From contig CM060731.1 of assembly GCA_030704615.1 (NCBI GenBank), forward strand, positions 9,858,001-9,922,000: a DNA stretch of 64,000 nt, read 5' to 3'. Below the pieces are notes generated by a model, which did not search any database, was not told the DNA's origin, and saw only the letters and a list, made by a program, of their open reading frames with translations. Positions 12,461 to 25,081 of the stretch are shown here, in pieces. How positions within the stretch are numbered: the first letter of the stretch is position 1; each line of letters begins with the position of its first letter. The position numbers were made by a program, and so were the translations under genes. Origin of the DNA: Takakia lepidozioides (Eukaryota; Plantae; Bryophyta).

Positions 12461-15400
12461 ATGGCTACCGCCTCCCTACCACCAGGCTTCGGTGGGGGAC
12501 TGTTGGGACTCCCGTCTCACCATGGTTTGCAGATCAGAGAAAAGCATGCAAGAGTTAAGAAAGTATCATGGGCTTCTGGGGACAGGCTGTGTCAGGTCAT
12601 TCTTTTCTCCTCTGTTCGCACTCATTAGGCCGTTTTCAAGCAAACTGCAGCTATGTTGAGATTTTCTTGTGTTCGAGGCGTGGCGTGCATTTTTTTGTTT
12701 GACCTTTTTCCAGCTTCTGTAACGATACTCGTTGCATATTTCTCTCCTACACGGCAAGCGCATCGTGAAAGAGTGATCTTCCATCCGCTACCAGAAGGTG
12801 TGAACTCGTATCTTAATCCCAGGACTGGTCTCCATCGGGGTTCGTGCCACTGCGTGCACACTTCGGACTCGTCATGGGTGGGAACTCGTTAGAGATTAGG
12901 GTATCTGTCGCTGTTGGGTAAGAGACGAGCCATCATTAAGATGAACTAAACAGTGAAGCACGGAACACAAACTTGCGATGAAGGGTCAGATATGCTAGAG
13001 GGAGCATAACCCCAATGGAAATAATCCTTTCGATTTTCAACCCGTCATAAGAAGCAGTATACTAACACAGGCCTCGGACAATGCTTCTTGACTGGAACTT
13101 GACGTGGAACTTTGCAAAGACGATATCAAGAACCATGGAACGATTTAAAATAACCTTTTTCACGTAACATAAAACGTAAGATTACATTTTCAACGTCGAT
13201 CTTGAAGACTTACAGATGTCATACACCTTGCAGAGGAGTTAGGCAGATGTGAAGTAAAACTTGTGTATGCCTGCGAGAACACGGCCTCGCTAGATAGGAC
13301 CATCTTGACTAGTTTGAGTCGGACTTGCCGATCACTTCAGATCCCTTGCTTCCTCATCTGGTTGTTCTCTGACAGTTTCTTTTAGTTCTTGTTGGTTTGC
13401 CCGGGCTATATTATATTTTTCACGATGTAAGCCATGTATTTTCTGGCATGTGAGGTCGCCAAGACTTGTTTTTCCTCTTGTTTATGTATTACTTGAATGC
13501 TGCTGCTTTCCTTCACAAGTCAGCTGCTTCTGTACTTGTTTACAGATCACTTTAGGTTTACAGGATAAGTTATTGGTTTGCTGGTTTCTCACATTTTGTT
13601 GTTGTTCCTTGGTTGTTGTCTTCTTTTGTGCTGCTGTCTCTATGGTACTACTCCTTAGGGTCCCAATCATGTTGTTTGAAGTTTTATTGATTGTCCGGGT
13701 GTTCCTGGTTTGAGATTGTTCTTACCTGGACAGTTGATTCCAAATTTAATGTTGTTGAGTGATCCATATTTCTTGTTATGTCCTCTCGGTGTGGAAGCAG
13801 TGGTCCTTCGACTGAAGAAACTTCGTATGTCGATTTCACAGCCCTAACACAGTCCGAGAGAATTGTGTTTGTTGGGTATGTTTTGTTTTCTCTTGTATGA
13901 AACTTGCATACAGTCCTTTTGTCTCTGCTGGAACTGGTACCTTTCTTGTCGACAAGCATTTACTGCAGTTCATAACCAGCATTGACGCAGTAAGCAAGGG
14001 GCGATAGGAAATGCCAGACATTTATTTACTTGTGAGAATGATTCATTCCCAAGAGCAATTTCTCTGAGGAATCTTGACAGAGCTGAAAGGACCTGATGGT
14101 TTCCAGTTGGCTCTGAGAAGTGGCCTCCACGACAATCATGTTGTTTCAAGAACCTGTGTTATTTTATTCTCTCTCATTGAATTTGAGCCAAGAATCATAT
14201 CTCCAAGAATCAGGAGATGACATCTCCATCCTCAATTATCGGCCTCTTAGGTCTTTTCAACTTGACTACCATACATGCAGAAGAACCGAAGTAGAAAATT
14301 GATGAATGTAACACACTGATGGAAACAATGTAATACTACGAGATGATCCAGTTTATCGAGTTGAGCGTGGAATACATGTAGTGAATCAAATATGAAAGAA
14401 TTACCACCGATGAAGAGATGGTCTTTAGAACTCCATTAGAATCTGACTTTTGCAGATTGAAGAGATAACTGGACGTTATCTAGAGGGAGACTTCTGAGTT
14501 GGAAAGGCATTCACAGATTCTGTGTGCAGGAATTTAATAGCCTGTCTAAGAAAGGCACGAATACTCACAAAAGACAGATCTATGAAGGGCATTTCTTCTG
14601 TGACTTTCACTTATAATAGGGCAGCTGAAGCACCTGTTGCAGTAGAGGATGATTTGGAACTGGTTGGATTGTGCCATGGCCAATGACATGAAACTGTTCG
14701 CAGCGCAATCTCCCCTTTGTGCCCAGCGGCGGCCCCAAAGGAAAGGGCACAGTACTGCTGAGATCAAACTTTTTGTATCGAATCTCGAAAATCCACAAAC
14801 CAATATACAGTCTTTGCATTCTCATGATCAATGACTTTCCTCCAAAGTTCCTGTGATCTGAACTTGAACTACATGACTGTACTGAGGCTCGAGTGGCAGA
14901 ACTCCACTTTGAGGAAAGCATACAGAAATTGATAACCTGGCTAAGCCTGAGAAAAGCCCAGTTGGGTGATAACTGTGGTATTCTCATGAATCAGACCTGT
15001 ACTATCCTTGAGGGCCTTCATGAAATCAGACGCATGTTCGTCTTCAATACAACATTCTCGTATTTCGTCACAAAGTGGTGGAAATATGAATGTCTGCAGG
15101 GTGCGTGGAACTGCCTCTGCTGTCTGTCATAGATTCTCAGTGCTTCTACAGAACTTCCTCCATGAAACTTGCCACTATTTGTTACTGGTTCAAGCACGAG
15201 AGGATTTGACACTTGTCTTGTTTGGCTTTGGCTATCTTTGCTTCTGGCAAACACAACCCACTCACCACCCTGCCTACTCTTTAGGATATATCGGCTTGTG
15301 GAAGATGTGGTTTCACTCCCTGTTATCCTACTACAACTCATGCAAAGCGGAAAATGTGTCATGGTCGTGTACAGGTACGTCTGTTTGCAGCTGAAGATGC

Positions 15401-18068
15401 ACCTGCATTGTCAGGGACAGCACGTCAGGAGCTCCTTCAAGAAAAGCAGACTAAATTTATGCATGCAATCACACGGGTTTCAGCTACCGATATTCCTCCT
15501 GGATTTGGCCCTACAGTTCCGAAAAGTATGGGTCCAGCTGTTGCTGTTGCTGCAATTGTTCCCCAGTTAGCTTGGCGTGTCCCTGAGGTGGTAAGTGATA
15601 TTCACATGCATCATCCCTTTGTTGGCGTTGAACAAATGTTTGTGTAGGATTATCACAGTATGTTCCTGGTCCTTCAAGTGACTTTGCGTGAGCTGGTCTT
15701 CAAACATTGGGTTAAATAAGCAAGGGATGTAAGCACTCACTCTTTGGTTGTATCAACAATTCTTTTTGCAAAAGGGAAAAGTTGAACAGGGTGGTATGTG
15801 AGGCTAACTTCAGATTCTCTCATGTGTGGTCATTCTCTCAGTTTAATCTGGACACCACTTGGCTAGTTGCGGCTGGTGGAGCAAGCCATGAAGTTAAACT
15901 TCAAAAACAACGGGAAGTCAGAGTTCTAGAAGCGGTTTATCCACGACCCTCTGCCATTCCTGAGAGGTGTGTTATGACTGCCGACTTTGAATTTCCACTC
16001 TGGAGTCTTCGCTCAGATTCAGAAGCCGTAGTCAGTTTACTTCGTAATCCTTCTACTGTTTGATGATGAGTCAGGCATGTGCTCAACTAAATTGCCCTGT
16101 GTTTTATATGTTGTCTTCTTGGACCTCTTGATCACTGGGTCTTGTGATGGGTTGCAAAGTATACTACGGGATGACTACTTGGTGATATCATTCACAAAGG
16201 GGAATCTTTTGCACTGGTCAATAGGACTACCTGCTGGTGATATGATGGGCATTTGCCTGGAAGAGAAGCTAGTTCATGCCAGTTACACCTCCAGTATGTA
16301 ATATCTGCTGCCCAGCACTGGGTTGACAATTTGTGTGCTATGTTGCAGTCCAGCAGAACCACAGGAACCAGAGTTGGCGTATGATGATGACAAAACCCTT
16401 TTGATTCCATTAGCAGATGAGAGTTCTATGGCTGGCCGTCATGGTACTCCTCAAGATTCTGCAAGGCCAGGTATGTTGCTACAGCTGCTATTCTGTTTGA
16501 GACAATATTGGGACTTGGGGCTGTTGGTAGGCACTCACACCTGGTTGTTTTGTCTTGTTTGGAGGACTGGTGGTCTCTTCCGCACCCTTCCCCTGAGGTT
16601 AAACTTTGTATTAGTAGAGGTACTCATGTAGGTCTTTATTTGGTAAACTACTTGCAGTCATACTTGCAAGGGAAGCAATGCCACACATGACATTGTGGGC
16701 TGATCTGCAGGATCAGGGGCACCATCCCCTCCCCAGGGCTTTGGGAGTTCCTTATCAAAGCTGTCAAAACCGGCGGTTTCAAGCTGGTATAAAGAGGTTA
16801 CTAAAGATGGTGGCCCTGTAACATCTTCTGGAGACTCCAATGGTTCATCATCAACCTCAGCGCTTGCCATGTCCTCTATGTCTACCAGTCAAAGTTTCTC
16901 TCCTCTGAATGACCTCCTCGATCACAGTCAATCCAACTCTTCAAGTCATCTTTCAGCCTCTGCTGTCCCAGCTACTCGTAGTCAAACTGAGGCTGAACCT
17001 GATGTAGCTGCAGCTGCAGCCGCTGCCTACGCTGCCCTCTCACAGTCAAGTGCTGACAACATGATTGACCGTGATTTACTCATCCAGTTTCTTACTAATC
17101 CTGCCATGATTGAAAATCTAACTGCTAAACAGCCAGCCTTACATTCCAAGTTATTGCCATCGTTATCGGTGGAGGGGGCCAGGATTTTAGTAAAAGGAGT
17201 CAATGAAAGTCCAGAGCAGCGCTCACTAGGTGCAGGGGTTGTGAATGGAAAGCATTGGAATCCACCAGCAAAAGGTTTCCCTGGAAGGAATGGTGAGCAG
17301 GAGTTGCCTCAGACTATGGGTGAGAGTGGTGTAAATGTAGTAACAGGAGGGCCACTTATGGGACCTGGATTGACCTTTGAAAGACCTCCCGGCTTTGGCC
17401 CAGCCCCTGGCACAAATGGTCCTTTGCCTGGATCATTTGATGCCAGAGCTCCCAACGGTCTGTTGCATACACCTCGACCTTCAAATGGCCTACCTCCTAA
17501 TATGCCTCCAAATGCACTCTTGTACCCGCCTGCTAGGCCTGTAAATGCACAGTTGCATGCCTCTCCACTGCCCACTCCCTCTGTGTCCCAGCCAGTTGCA
17601 TCGGTCTCAGCTCGGCCATTGTTACAGCGCAACGATCAGTACTACAAGGATCTCATTTCGCAGCATGGACAGAAAAGCAACAGTACTGAGGACTGGGCAG
17701 GCTCAACAGGGCTTGACAGCGGCAATGGCTTATCAACCGGAGGTCGGATTAGACCGGCCACTTCTGCTGGAAGGCCTGAGCCTTCAGCCAGGTGGTCAGG
17801 AAGAGAGGAGGTGGACTTTGCTGGCCTGTCATTGAGACAAGGGGAAGGGGTTGGAAGTGTTGACAGCAGAGGTATGCCCCCCCAGCAAGTGAACCGGGGG
17901 AAGTCGCGCAAGTCTTGTATTTATTTCAACTCTTCCAGGGGTTGTCGAAATGGAGCCAGCTGTGCTTTTCTGCATGAATCTAACAATGCAGAAAGGGCCA
18001 ATTACCAAACGCCAGCAAAGAGGATCAAGGTGGAGGGTGGGGAGGTGGGTAAGGGTATCAAGTATTGA
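12461..18068 (+). CDS. CCCH zinc-finger protein (Arabidopsis C3H6/At1g19860-like family), 5 exons, 651 aa
   Basis: Exons 12461-12595, 15375-15590, 15842-15966, 16349-16470, 16711-18068, in frame (1956 nt). Motifs: KKVSWASGDRLCQVRLF..EDAP, WLVAAG..S.EV..QKQREVRVLEAVYPRPSAIP, EPDVAAAAAAAY, IDRDLLIQFLTNP, YYKDLISQHG, and a C-terminal CIYFNSSRGCRNGASCAFLH finger. Confidence 0.9.
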
Positions 18069-19187
18069 TAAGAAGTAATAAATATTGGGTCCCCAACTGT
18101 ACAAGCGCATTTGCGGGTTGAAAGGGTGTTTCTGAGCACATATGTGGCACTAATCTTAGGATACTCCATCAGAAATCTGGGAAGTTAATTGGCATTTTGA
18201 GGTTCTCTTCAAAGCTCACTGATACTAGTAGTGAGTTTGAATGTCGGGTCGAAGGCGACAAGCCAAACTCCTTCAAATCACCTGGGGACTCCATGTAGTT
18301 CCTCGCGGATCCTGAATCGCTAATTGGGCTCTCCTAATCTGAAACATCTCCAGATGCAGACATGAAGATGGCAAGCTACAAATTTCTTGGTTACAACCTC
18401 CTAATGGCACTGGACAGCTCAAGACTGCAAAGCAATGGGTGAATTTGTGGAACCCTAATCTCCCAGCTAGAACTTTTCTGTGGGTCAGTGACCAGATTGA
18501 AATTCCAATGGAAGTCCACCAGATCTGAGCTGGGCCAACATTACAGGTGACAGCTGAAGGTGGGACCGAAGCCAGTTGGATTGGATTTGATCAGTTAGTG
18601 GAGAGTTAAAATGCTTGGCTGTTGCTGACCTGGAAGTGTATCTTCACATGATTGTTGTGGGTTGCACAGTGAAGGCATTGGACTTGTTCAGTGTTTAGTG
18701 TGCATCTTTCTATCATGCAACAACTAGCTACACAGAAGAAAGATCTATCAGACTTGAACATGAGATAACGATGAGCGCTACATGTGACACATGTCCACAT
18801 GTCCTACACATGTCCTACAGCCTTGCAAACCAATCAAACACACAGCCCGAGATCAGTTGGGAAAGACAAGAACACAAATCTCACTGAAAGTTTAGACTGA
18901 CGTGTGGAAGGCCAGGATTAGAGTCAGTGCAAACCCGCTTCAACACTTTGGCATGTAACTTAGAGTCTCCGTAGCTGTCTGGTGTTGTCAGTGGCCACCA
19001 CCCCACCCTCAAACGTTGAACTTGGTGATTTCCATGCTTGTCATCCAGCACATTCATCTGTCTACTATGATGCTTATCGACTTTTGCTAAGAAATAGCCA
19101 TCTCCACATTATTATGTATCACAGTCATGATCCTGTGGCCTGATGTCATGATGCATGTATACCATCATGCCCAGGGTTTATGGTCTT

Positions 19188-19526
19188 CATGTAATCATGC
19201 CCTCATCATGTACTAACATATACCAGTATTATAGATGGCAATTATCATGCAAAAGTGTACTAGTTCAACCTGGGTAGTGGTGTATTAGATAAATGCATTT
19301 GCGGTAACCAAATACTACTCCTCAATTATGGTGTGTAATCTATAGAAACCATACTCCATGTAATCATGCCCTCATCATGTACTAACATATACCAGTATTA
19401 TAGATGGCAATTATCATGCAAAAATGTACTAGTTCAACCCGGGTAGTGGTGTATTAGATAAATGCATTTGCGGTAACCAAATACTACTCCTCAATTATGG
19501 TGTGTAATCTATAGAAACCGTACTCC
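19188..19526. repeat. Tandem duplication of a 169-bp unit (2 copies, ~3 mismatches)
   Basis: catgtaatcatgccctcatcatgtactaacatatacc... starts at 19188 and again at 19357. Confidence 0.95.
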
Positions 19527-20445
19527 TACGCACCCTAATCTTCAGAGCAATTACATCACTTACAGCCTTAATCCTCAACAAAGGAAAGATTGAAAGTGGC
19601 CAGCTTGCCACCTACAAAACTGGTTCTGGTTTTGATCGAGCCCATCGCCGAAACGGGGCAGTACTTGCAAAGGGACAAGGCTCTTTTTACGCTAGCTCCC
19701 GGCTGGCATTATACATATATATAAACCATCTGTGAAGATTGTGCAAATAATTCAGGAAACATACTTGTGTCATCAACAAACATATTGTGTTATTAGGCCA
19801 AGTTTAGAACATGCCATGAAACAAGCTCCCAAAATCGTTTTTAGCCGCTCGTTCAGGCGCTCATTGGGATGACGTTGCAGGCTGAAACAAAATGTGTGTA
19901 AAGTGGGTACGATTTAGCTTTGCAGCCCTCGACGGCATGGCATCACGGATTCGATCTCTTTGTGTCCTCCATCCCCATCACAAGTGGAAAGTAATGCTTG
20001 GCAAAAATAGTAGCAAAACATCTTGGCCACTCGACTATTCTTGGGATAAGTGACAACCAAGCTCTAGCCTAGTGGTAATGGGCACATACCACCTTGGAAG
20101 TGGGGTTGTGAATCCACGTCATACTTTTTTTTTTTTTTTTTTTGGTATGAGCTAAAATACGTGCCACATGTGCATCCAGCAGTCCCACATAGATGGGATT
20201 TTTCATTGACAGGCCATGTCTGAACCATCCACCGGCCAAAACCTGAAATGAGTCTAATATACCACCATCACACTTCCGCCACTCATTTTTGGTGTGTCTA
20301 AACTCCGCCTTAGATATGCATTTGAGATAGTAACCAAATAGTATTCTCTAGATAATTATTCATATTATCTCATTCGCCGGATTTTGGATTTTCTCCAACT
20401 TTAAGCAAGTCCAAGATTTTACCGCTCCTCGAGGAACTCGGCGTT

Positions 20446-21088
20446 AGAGGAGGGGGTGATGTCACGGACATAGCCCAGAGGAACTTACCAGGAATAAATA
20501 CCAGAAGTTATCAAGTTACCATGTTACTGGAAGTTACCATGATTTACCGTGATTTACCATGATTTATTATTACTTACCAAGTTACCAGGAGTTTACCAAA
20601 TTACCAAGAGTAACTTGGGAAACTGCCCAGGAAGCTTCATTTGGAGGAAACTTCTCCATCAAGATACCTCTTTTGTTTAAGGAAGCTTCTCCATCAAGAA
20701 ACATTTATTTAATCTTGAAAACTTCTCCAGCAAGAAACCTCCATAGGGGAAGCTTCTTAGTAGCCAGTATATATAGGAGGCGAGACTGGACACTCTTCAG
20801 TCTCGCCAACACCAGTTCAAGTTACTCTTGTTTCCAGTTCCCAGTACTCCAGTCCAGTTCCTAGTACCCTAGCCCAGTTTCCAGTATCTGGTACTCCAGT
20901 CCAATTTCTAGCATTCCAGTATTGAAGTCGTGTTCCAATATCTTGTATCATTGTTCATTGTTATAAATATCGCCTTGATTTCTATTTACTCATCGTGCAT
21001 ACGGCCACGCCAACCTTGACTTCTTGCCTAGTTTTGTACCTCTATTCTAATCTCTTGTTTGTGTTCAGTCATGTTCTCGTCCTTGACA
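20446..21088 (+). mobile_element. Polypurine tract plus 3' LTR (20460-21088) of a truncated LTR retrotransposon
   Basis: PPT agaggagggggtga, then TGTCACGGAC...GTCCTTGACA (9/10 inverted termini). There is an internal TATA-like tatatagg (~20770) and short gttacc/ccagt repeats. Confidence 0.8.
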
Positions 21089-24000
21089 TCTAGAACCTTC
21101 TAGATTCTACCTTGTTACAATCCTCCCTTCTTTCAAGAAGCAACGTCTTCGTTGTTCCAATTTTCAAAAGCTTGAATTGTCAATTGAGCATTTGCGAGAT
21201 TTTGCACCGGTTCCCATGTAGCTTCATGTAATGGTTTCCATAAAACCAAATACTCCAACACCTCATGTCGCCCTCGTTTGTATGTGCGTTTTTTCAGAAC
21301 ACGGTCGACCTTCCACTCTTCATTTCCGTCTATCAACTCTGGTAAAGGTTGTGGTTCTTGATTATCTTTGAATATTGATGGTCGAGGTTCGTAACGACGT
21401 AGTAGAGAAACGTGAAATACCGGGTGGATCTTCATATGTGGTGGTAACTCCAGCTTGTATGTTACTGCTCCAATATGTTTAATGATCGAAAAAAAACCAA
21501 TGAACCGTGCCCCTAGTTTTCGCGATCCAGTGATGTGTAAATTAGTTGTAGACAACCACATTTGATCCCCAACTGCAAACTCATCATCCCGTCGACGTGC
21601 ATTTGCATACTGCTTTTGGCGATTTTGGGCAACCATCAACTTCTCTTTAGCTTGACGTACTCCCCGTCGAATTTGTTGCACAAATACGTTAGTCGCGGCT
21701 ACCTTGGATTCATTTGGTAACTTGAACTTTGTAAGAGTTGTTGGCACATTTGGGTGTTCACCATATTTTATTTTATTTTTAAAAATTAAAAAAAAAAATC
21801 TTTCGTTGACGCGTTGACCGAGTTATTGTATGAAAATTCTACCAATGGTAATAATCAATCATATTCTTCTTGCCCTTCTAACGTAAAGGCCCGCAACCTG
21901 TCTTCAATTGTACGATTCGTTCGCTCTGTCTGTCAATCTCATTCCGGATGATAGGCTGTTGACATGGCTAATTTGGTTTTAAAAATACCAAATAAGCTTT
22001 TCCAAAACAAGCTAGTAAATTGGGTACCCCTGTCAGTAATGAGAACTTTAGATAGCCCATGATGGGAATAGACCGCTTCCAGATATAGTCGAGCTAGTTC
22101 AGGTGCAGTGACGGATTTTCTAGTGGGACGGATGTGTATCATCTTACTCAATTTGTCTACAAAGACCACTATAATGTTGTATCCCGATGAGGTTTGAGGT
22201 AACTCACAAACTAAATCCATGCTCATATGTTCCCAACGTCTGTTTGGTCTATTTGGTTTTACTGGTTGTTTGTTGTTTGTTTTGTTGATTTTTCATGCAA
22301 CTTCGAACGTACGCCTAATAAAATGTTCGTTTTAGTTATTCAAATATTTTTTCAACTCCAACATGTCATGTTATCGCCGTATCATGAGCTTCAAATAAGA
22401 CTTATGTCTTCAATGCAAGTTCATCAGGGATCCAAAGTTTACCTTCCTTGAATACCAACCCTCGAACTTCTGTCACTTTGCCCTTCTTCTTAGTGTCGAC
22501 GATCTCCCCATCATCTTTAGAAGCTGTCGCTATCTTGTTCTACCAATCGAGTTGAATGTTGATTTCTGTCAATGTGTTCATGCGCGGCATTTTTGTCATT
22601 GCATCCGTCAATTGCCGTTTTCCCTCCACATAGACGATCTTGTTGTCGCCACTCTGCCCACCGAAAAATGATAGTGCTTCCAATGTTTTGTAGCCAAAAC
22701 AATAGTCAATTCTTCTCGTTCGGTTGTATGGTAATTTTGTTCCGTAGGTAACAATTTGCAAGAAAAATATGTCACTAGGTGCCATCCATCTTCCCATTCT
22801 TGTTGTAATACCCCACCCACTGCTGAGCCTGACGCATCTACCGAGAGCTTGATTAGTCTTGTCGGATCATATCATTTCAAGATCGGGGCATGAAGCAACG
22901 CATCCTTCAAGGCCTGAAATGCTAACTCTTCTTCTGTACCTCACTTCCATCTAATTCCATTGCCCAAAGATTTGTCAATGGCTGGGCAATCTTTGAGAAT
23001 GCCCGTACAAATCGTCTGTAGAATCCGGTAAGGCAAAGAAAACTCCTTAATTGGGTAATGTCTTTAGGGGCTATCCACTGCTGAATAACTTCTATTTTCT
23101 CACTCATTACCTCAATTCCCTTCCTACTCACGCGATGCCCAAGATAATCTACTTCTTGTTTTCCAAACTCACATTTAGATACTTTGGCATATAGCTGATT
23201 CTCACGGAGAACTTGTAATACTTGTTTGAGGTGGTTTCTATGCTCGACAAGCTGTTACTATAGATCAAAATATCATCTAAAAAAACTATCACAAATCTGT
23301 CTAAGAATGGGCGGAAGATATCATTCATGAGGCCCATGAATGTGGCTGGGGCATTAGTGAGACCAAATGGCATAACCATGTATTCAAAATGTCAATACCT
23401 AGTGCGGAAAGCGGTCTTATATACATCTTCATCAGCAACTCGAATTTGATTGTATCCACTCCTCAGATCAAGCTTCGTAAAGTATTTTGTTCATCGCAGT
23501 TGGTCAAATAGATCGTCCATGCGTGATAACGGGTACTTGTTCTTCACTGTCTGCTGGTTGAGTGCTCGATAATCAATGCACATGCGCATTGCTCCATCTT
23601 TTTTCTTCACAAATAACACCGGCGCTCCATATGGGGATACACTTGGTCTTATAAAGCCTTTTGATAGTAGGTCCTCGACTTGAGCCTTACATTCTTCCAA
23701 CTCGTTTGGTGCTAATTGATAAGGGACTTTACAAGAAGGAGTATTACTTAGAACAACCTCAATCTTATGATCTACTCTTCTCTTTGGCGGAAGCCGTGCT
23801 GGTAGGTCATCTGGAAAAACATCTTTGAATTCTTTCAATACACTCTGTAATTCTAGAGGGACCTCACTCATGTCTTTATTTGGATTTTTCACGTCTCTTA
23901 TTAAACCTACTAATAATACGTCTTTCTTACATATAGTTGTAGTACCTATAACAAATGATGGTAGGTTTCGATATGGTGTCCTCACTCGATCTCCCCATAT

Positions 24001-25081
24001 TTTCCAATTCTAGGTTTTGACTATCTTTCGACGCCAATCAACATCAGGGTTGTGAGATTCCATCCAAGGCATGCCTAATATTACGTCATATCGAGCCAGT
24101 CTGACCACTCGTCATTCTAAGGTTTCTCTATATTTACCGATCGACAACTCTATGTTTTTAGGTAGTGTCTCAATGGCCTCTGTATGTCCATTTGGCATTT
24201 CTACTTCCTCTCTTTCATCCTTTTCTAAGGGGAGTCCTAGTTTCAAGGCAGTCTTTCTAGATAAGAAGTTTTCTGTTGCCCCAAGGTCTATCAACACTCT
24301 CACATGAATACCTTCCAAGGTTTCATCTGCCACAATTAACTGCGTCTCTTTCTTGCCCGCATGATTGATTTGTCTCTTCTCCTTGTAGGGCCCCTCATCT
24401 TTCCTCTTCTTTGTAGAACCAGTAAGACCGCGAGGTCTACTTACTGGTTGTCCTCGTTATCCTGTTCATTGTGATGTCCGTTATTTTCTCCTCTCCTTAA
24501 ACTGTTCAGAGGTCTTCGATAAGTTTGTCGATTGTACCTTCCACTTCGGCAATTGGCCGCAAGATGTCCATATTTTCCACAGTTGTAACATTGTCTAGTT
24601 TCTCTTTGTCCTTCTATTCGTGAGAATATTAAGGAGGCCACATCCTTGTCATTCAATTTCATTCGCCGCTGTGTGTTATCTTCCCCGTATCTGATTCCCG
24701 ACCTATTTCTTTGAGAATATTGGAAGTTATCTCGTCTTCGAAAATTTTCAAGCTCCATAGGCATTGGTCTGTATTGGTTCAATGGAACGTGTATACCTTC
24801 GTCGTATCTTGGTAGCATCCCTTCAATCTTTTGGGCCAATGAAATTGCTTCGTGGACATCAACCGGATTGCGTAAAATTACCTCTCCTTGAATTTTCTTC
24901 TTCAATCATCTTTTGAAGTTGTCTAAAACTTCTGCAGGACTCATGTCTTCGATTTGGACCTGAAAATTCAAAAAATCTTCAATGTAATTTTGCACACTCC
25001 CGCGTTGTTCCAAATTCCATAATTTCATTCGAGTAGTTGTAACAGCATCTACTGCCTTGAATTGTTGAAGCAGTCCCGCTT
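21089..25081 (-). mobile_element. Degenerate Ty3/gypsy chromovirus (gag-PR-RT-RH-IN-chromodomain)
   Basis: Gag knuckle CYNCGKYGHLAANC; protease VLIDLGATENF; [38 protein letters not shown]; RNase H ERE..IV.A.KHW; integrase SMDLV, ITDRGTQFTS, STAYHPE; GPY/F-like IHPVFHVSLL; chromodomain EYLVLWK..EATWEP. The PPT is at 21121-21134 and the 3' LTR starts TGTAAC at 21119. Confidence 0.95.

Noticed and set aside
15345-15374. ENVSWS as the N-terminal VSW motif of the CCCH protein
   Set aside because: It is out of frame with VRLF. The true motif is in exon 12461-12595.
17309-18110. Antisense and alternate-frame ORFs over the last CCCH exon
   Set aside because: These are shadow ORFs of a GC-rich coding exon.
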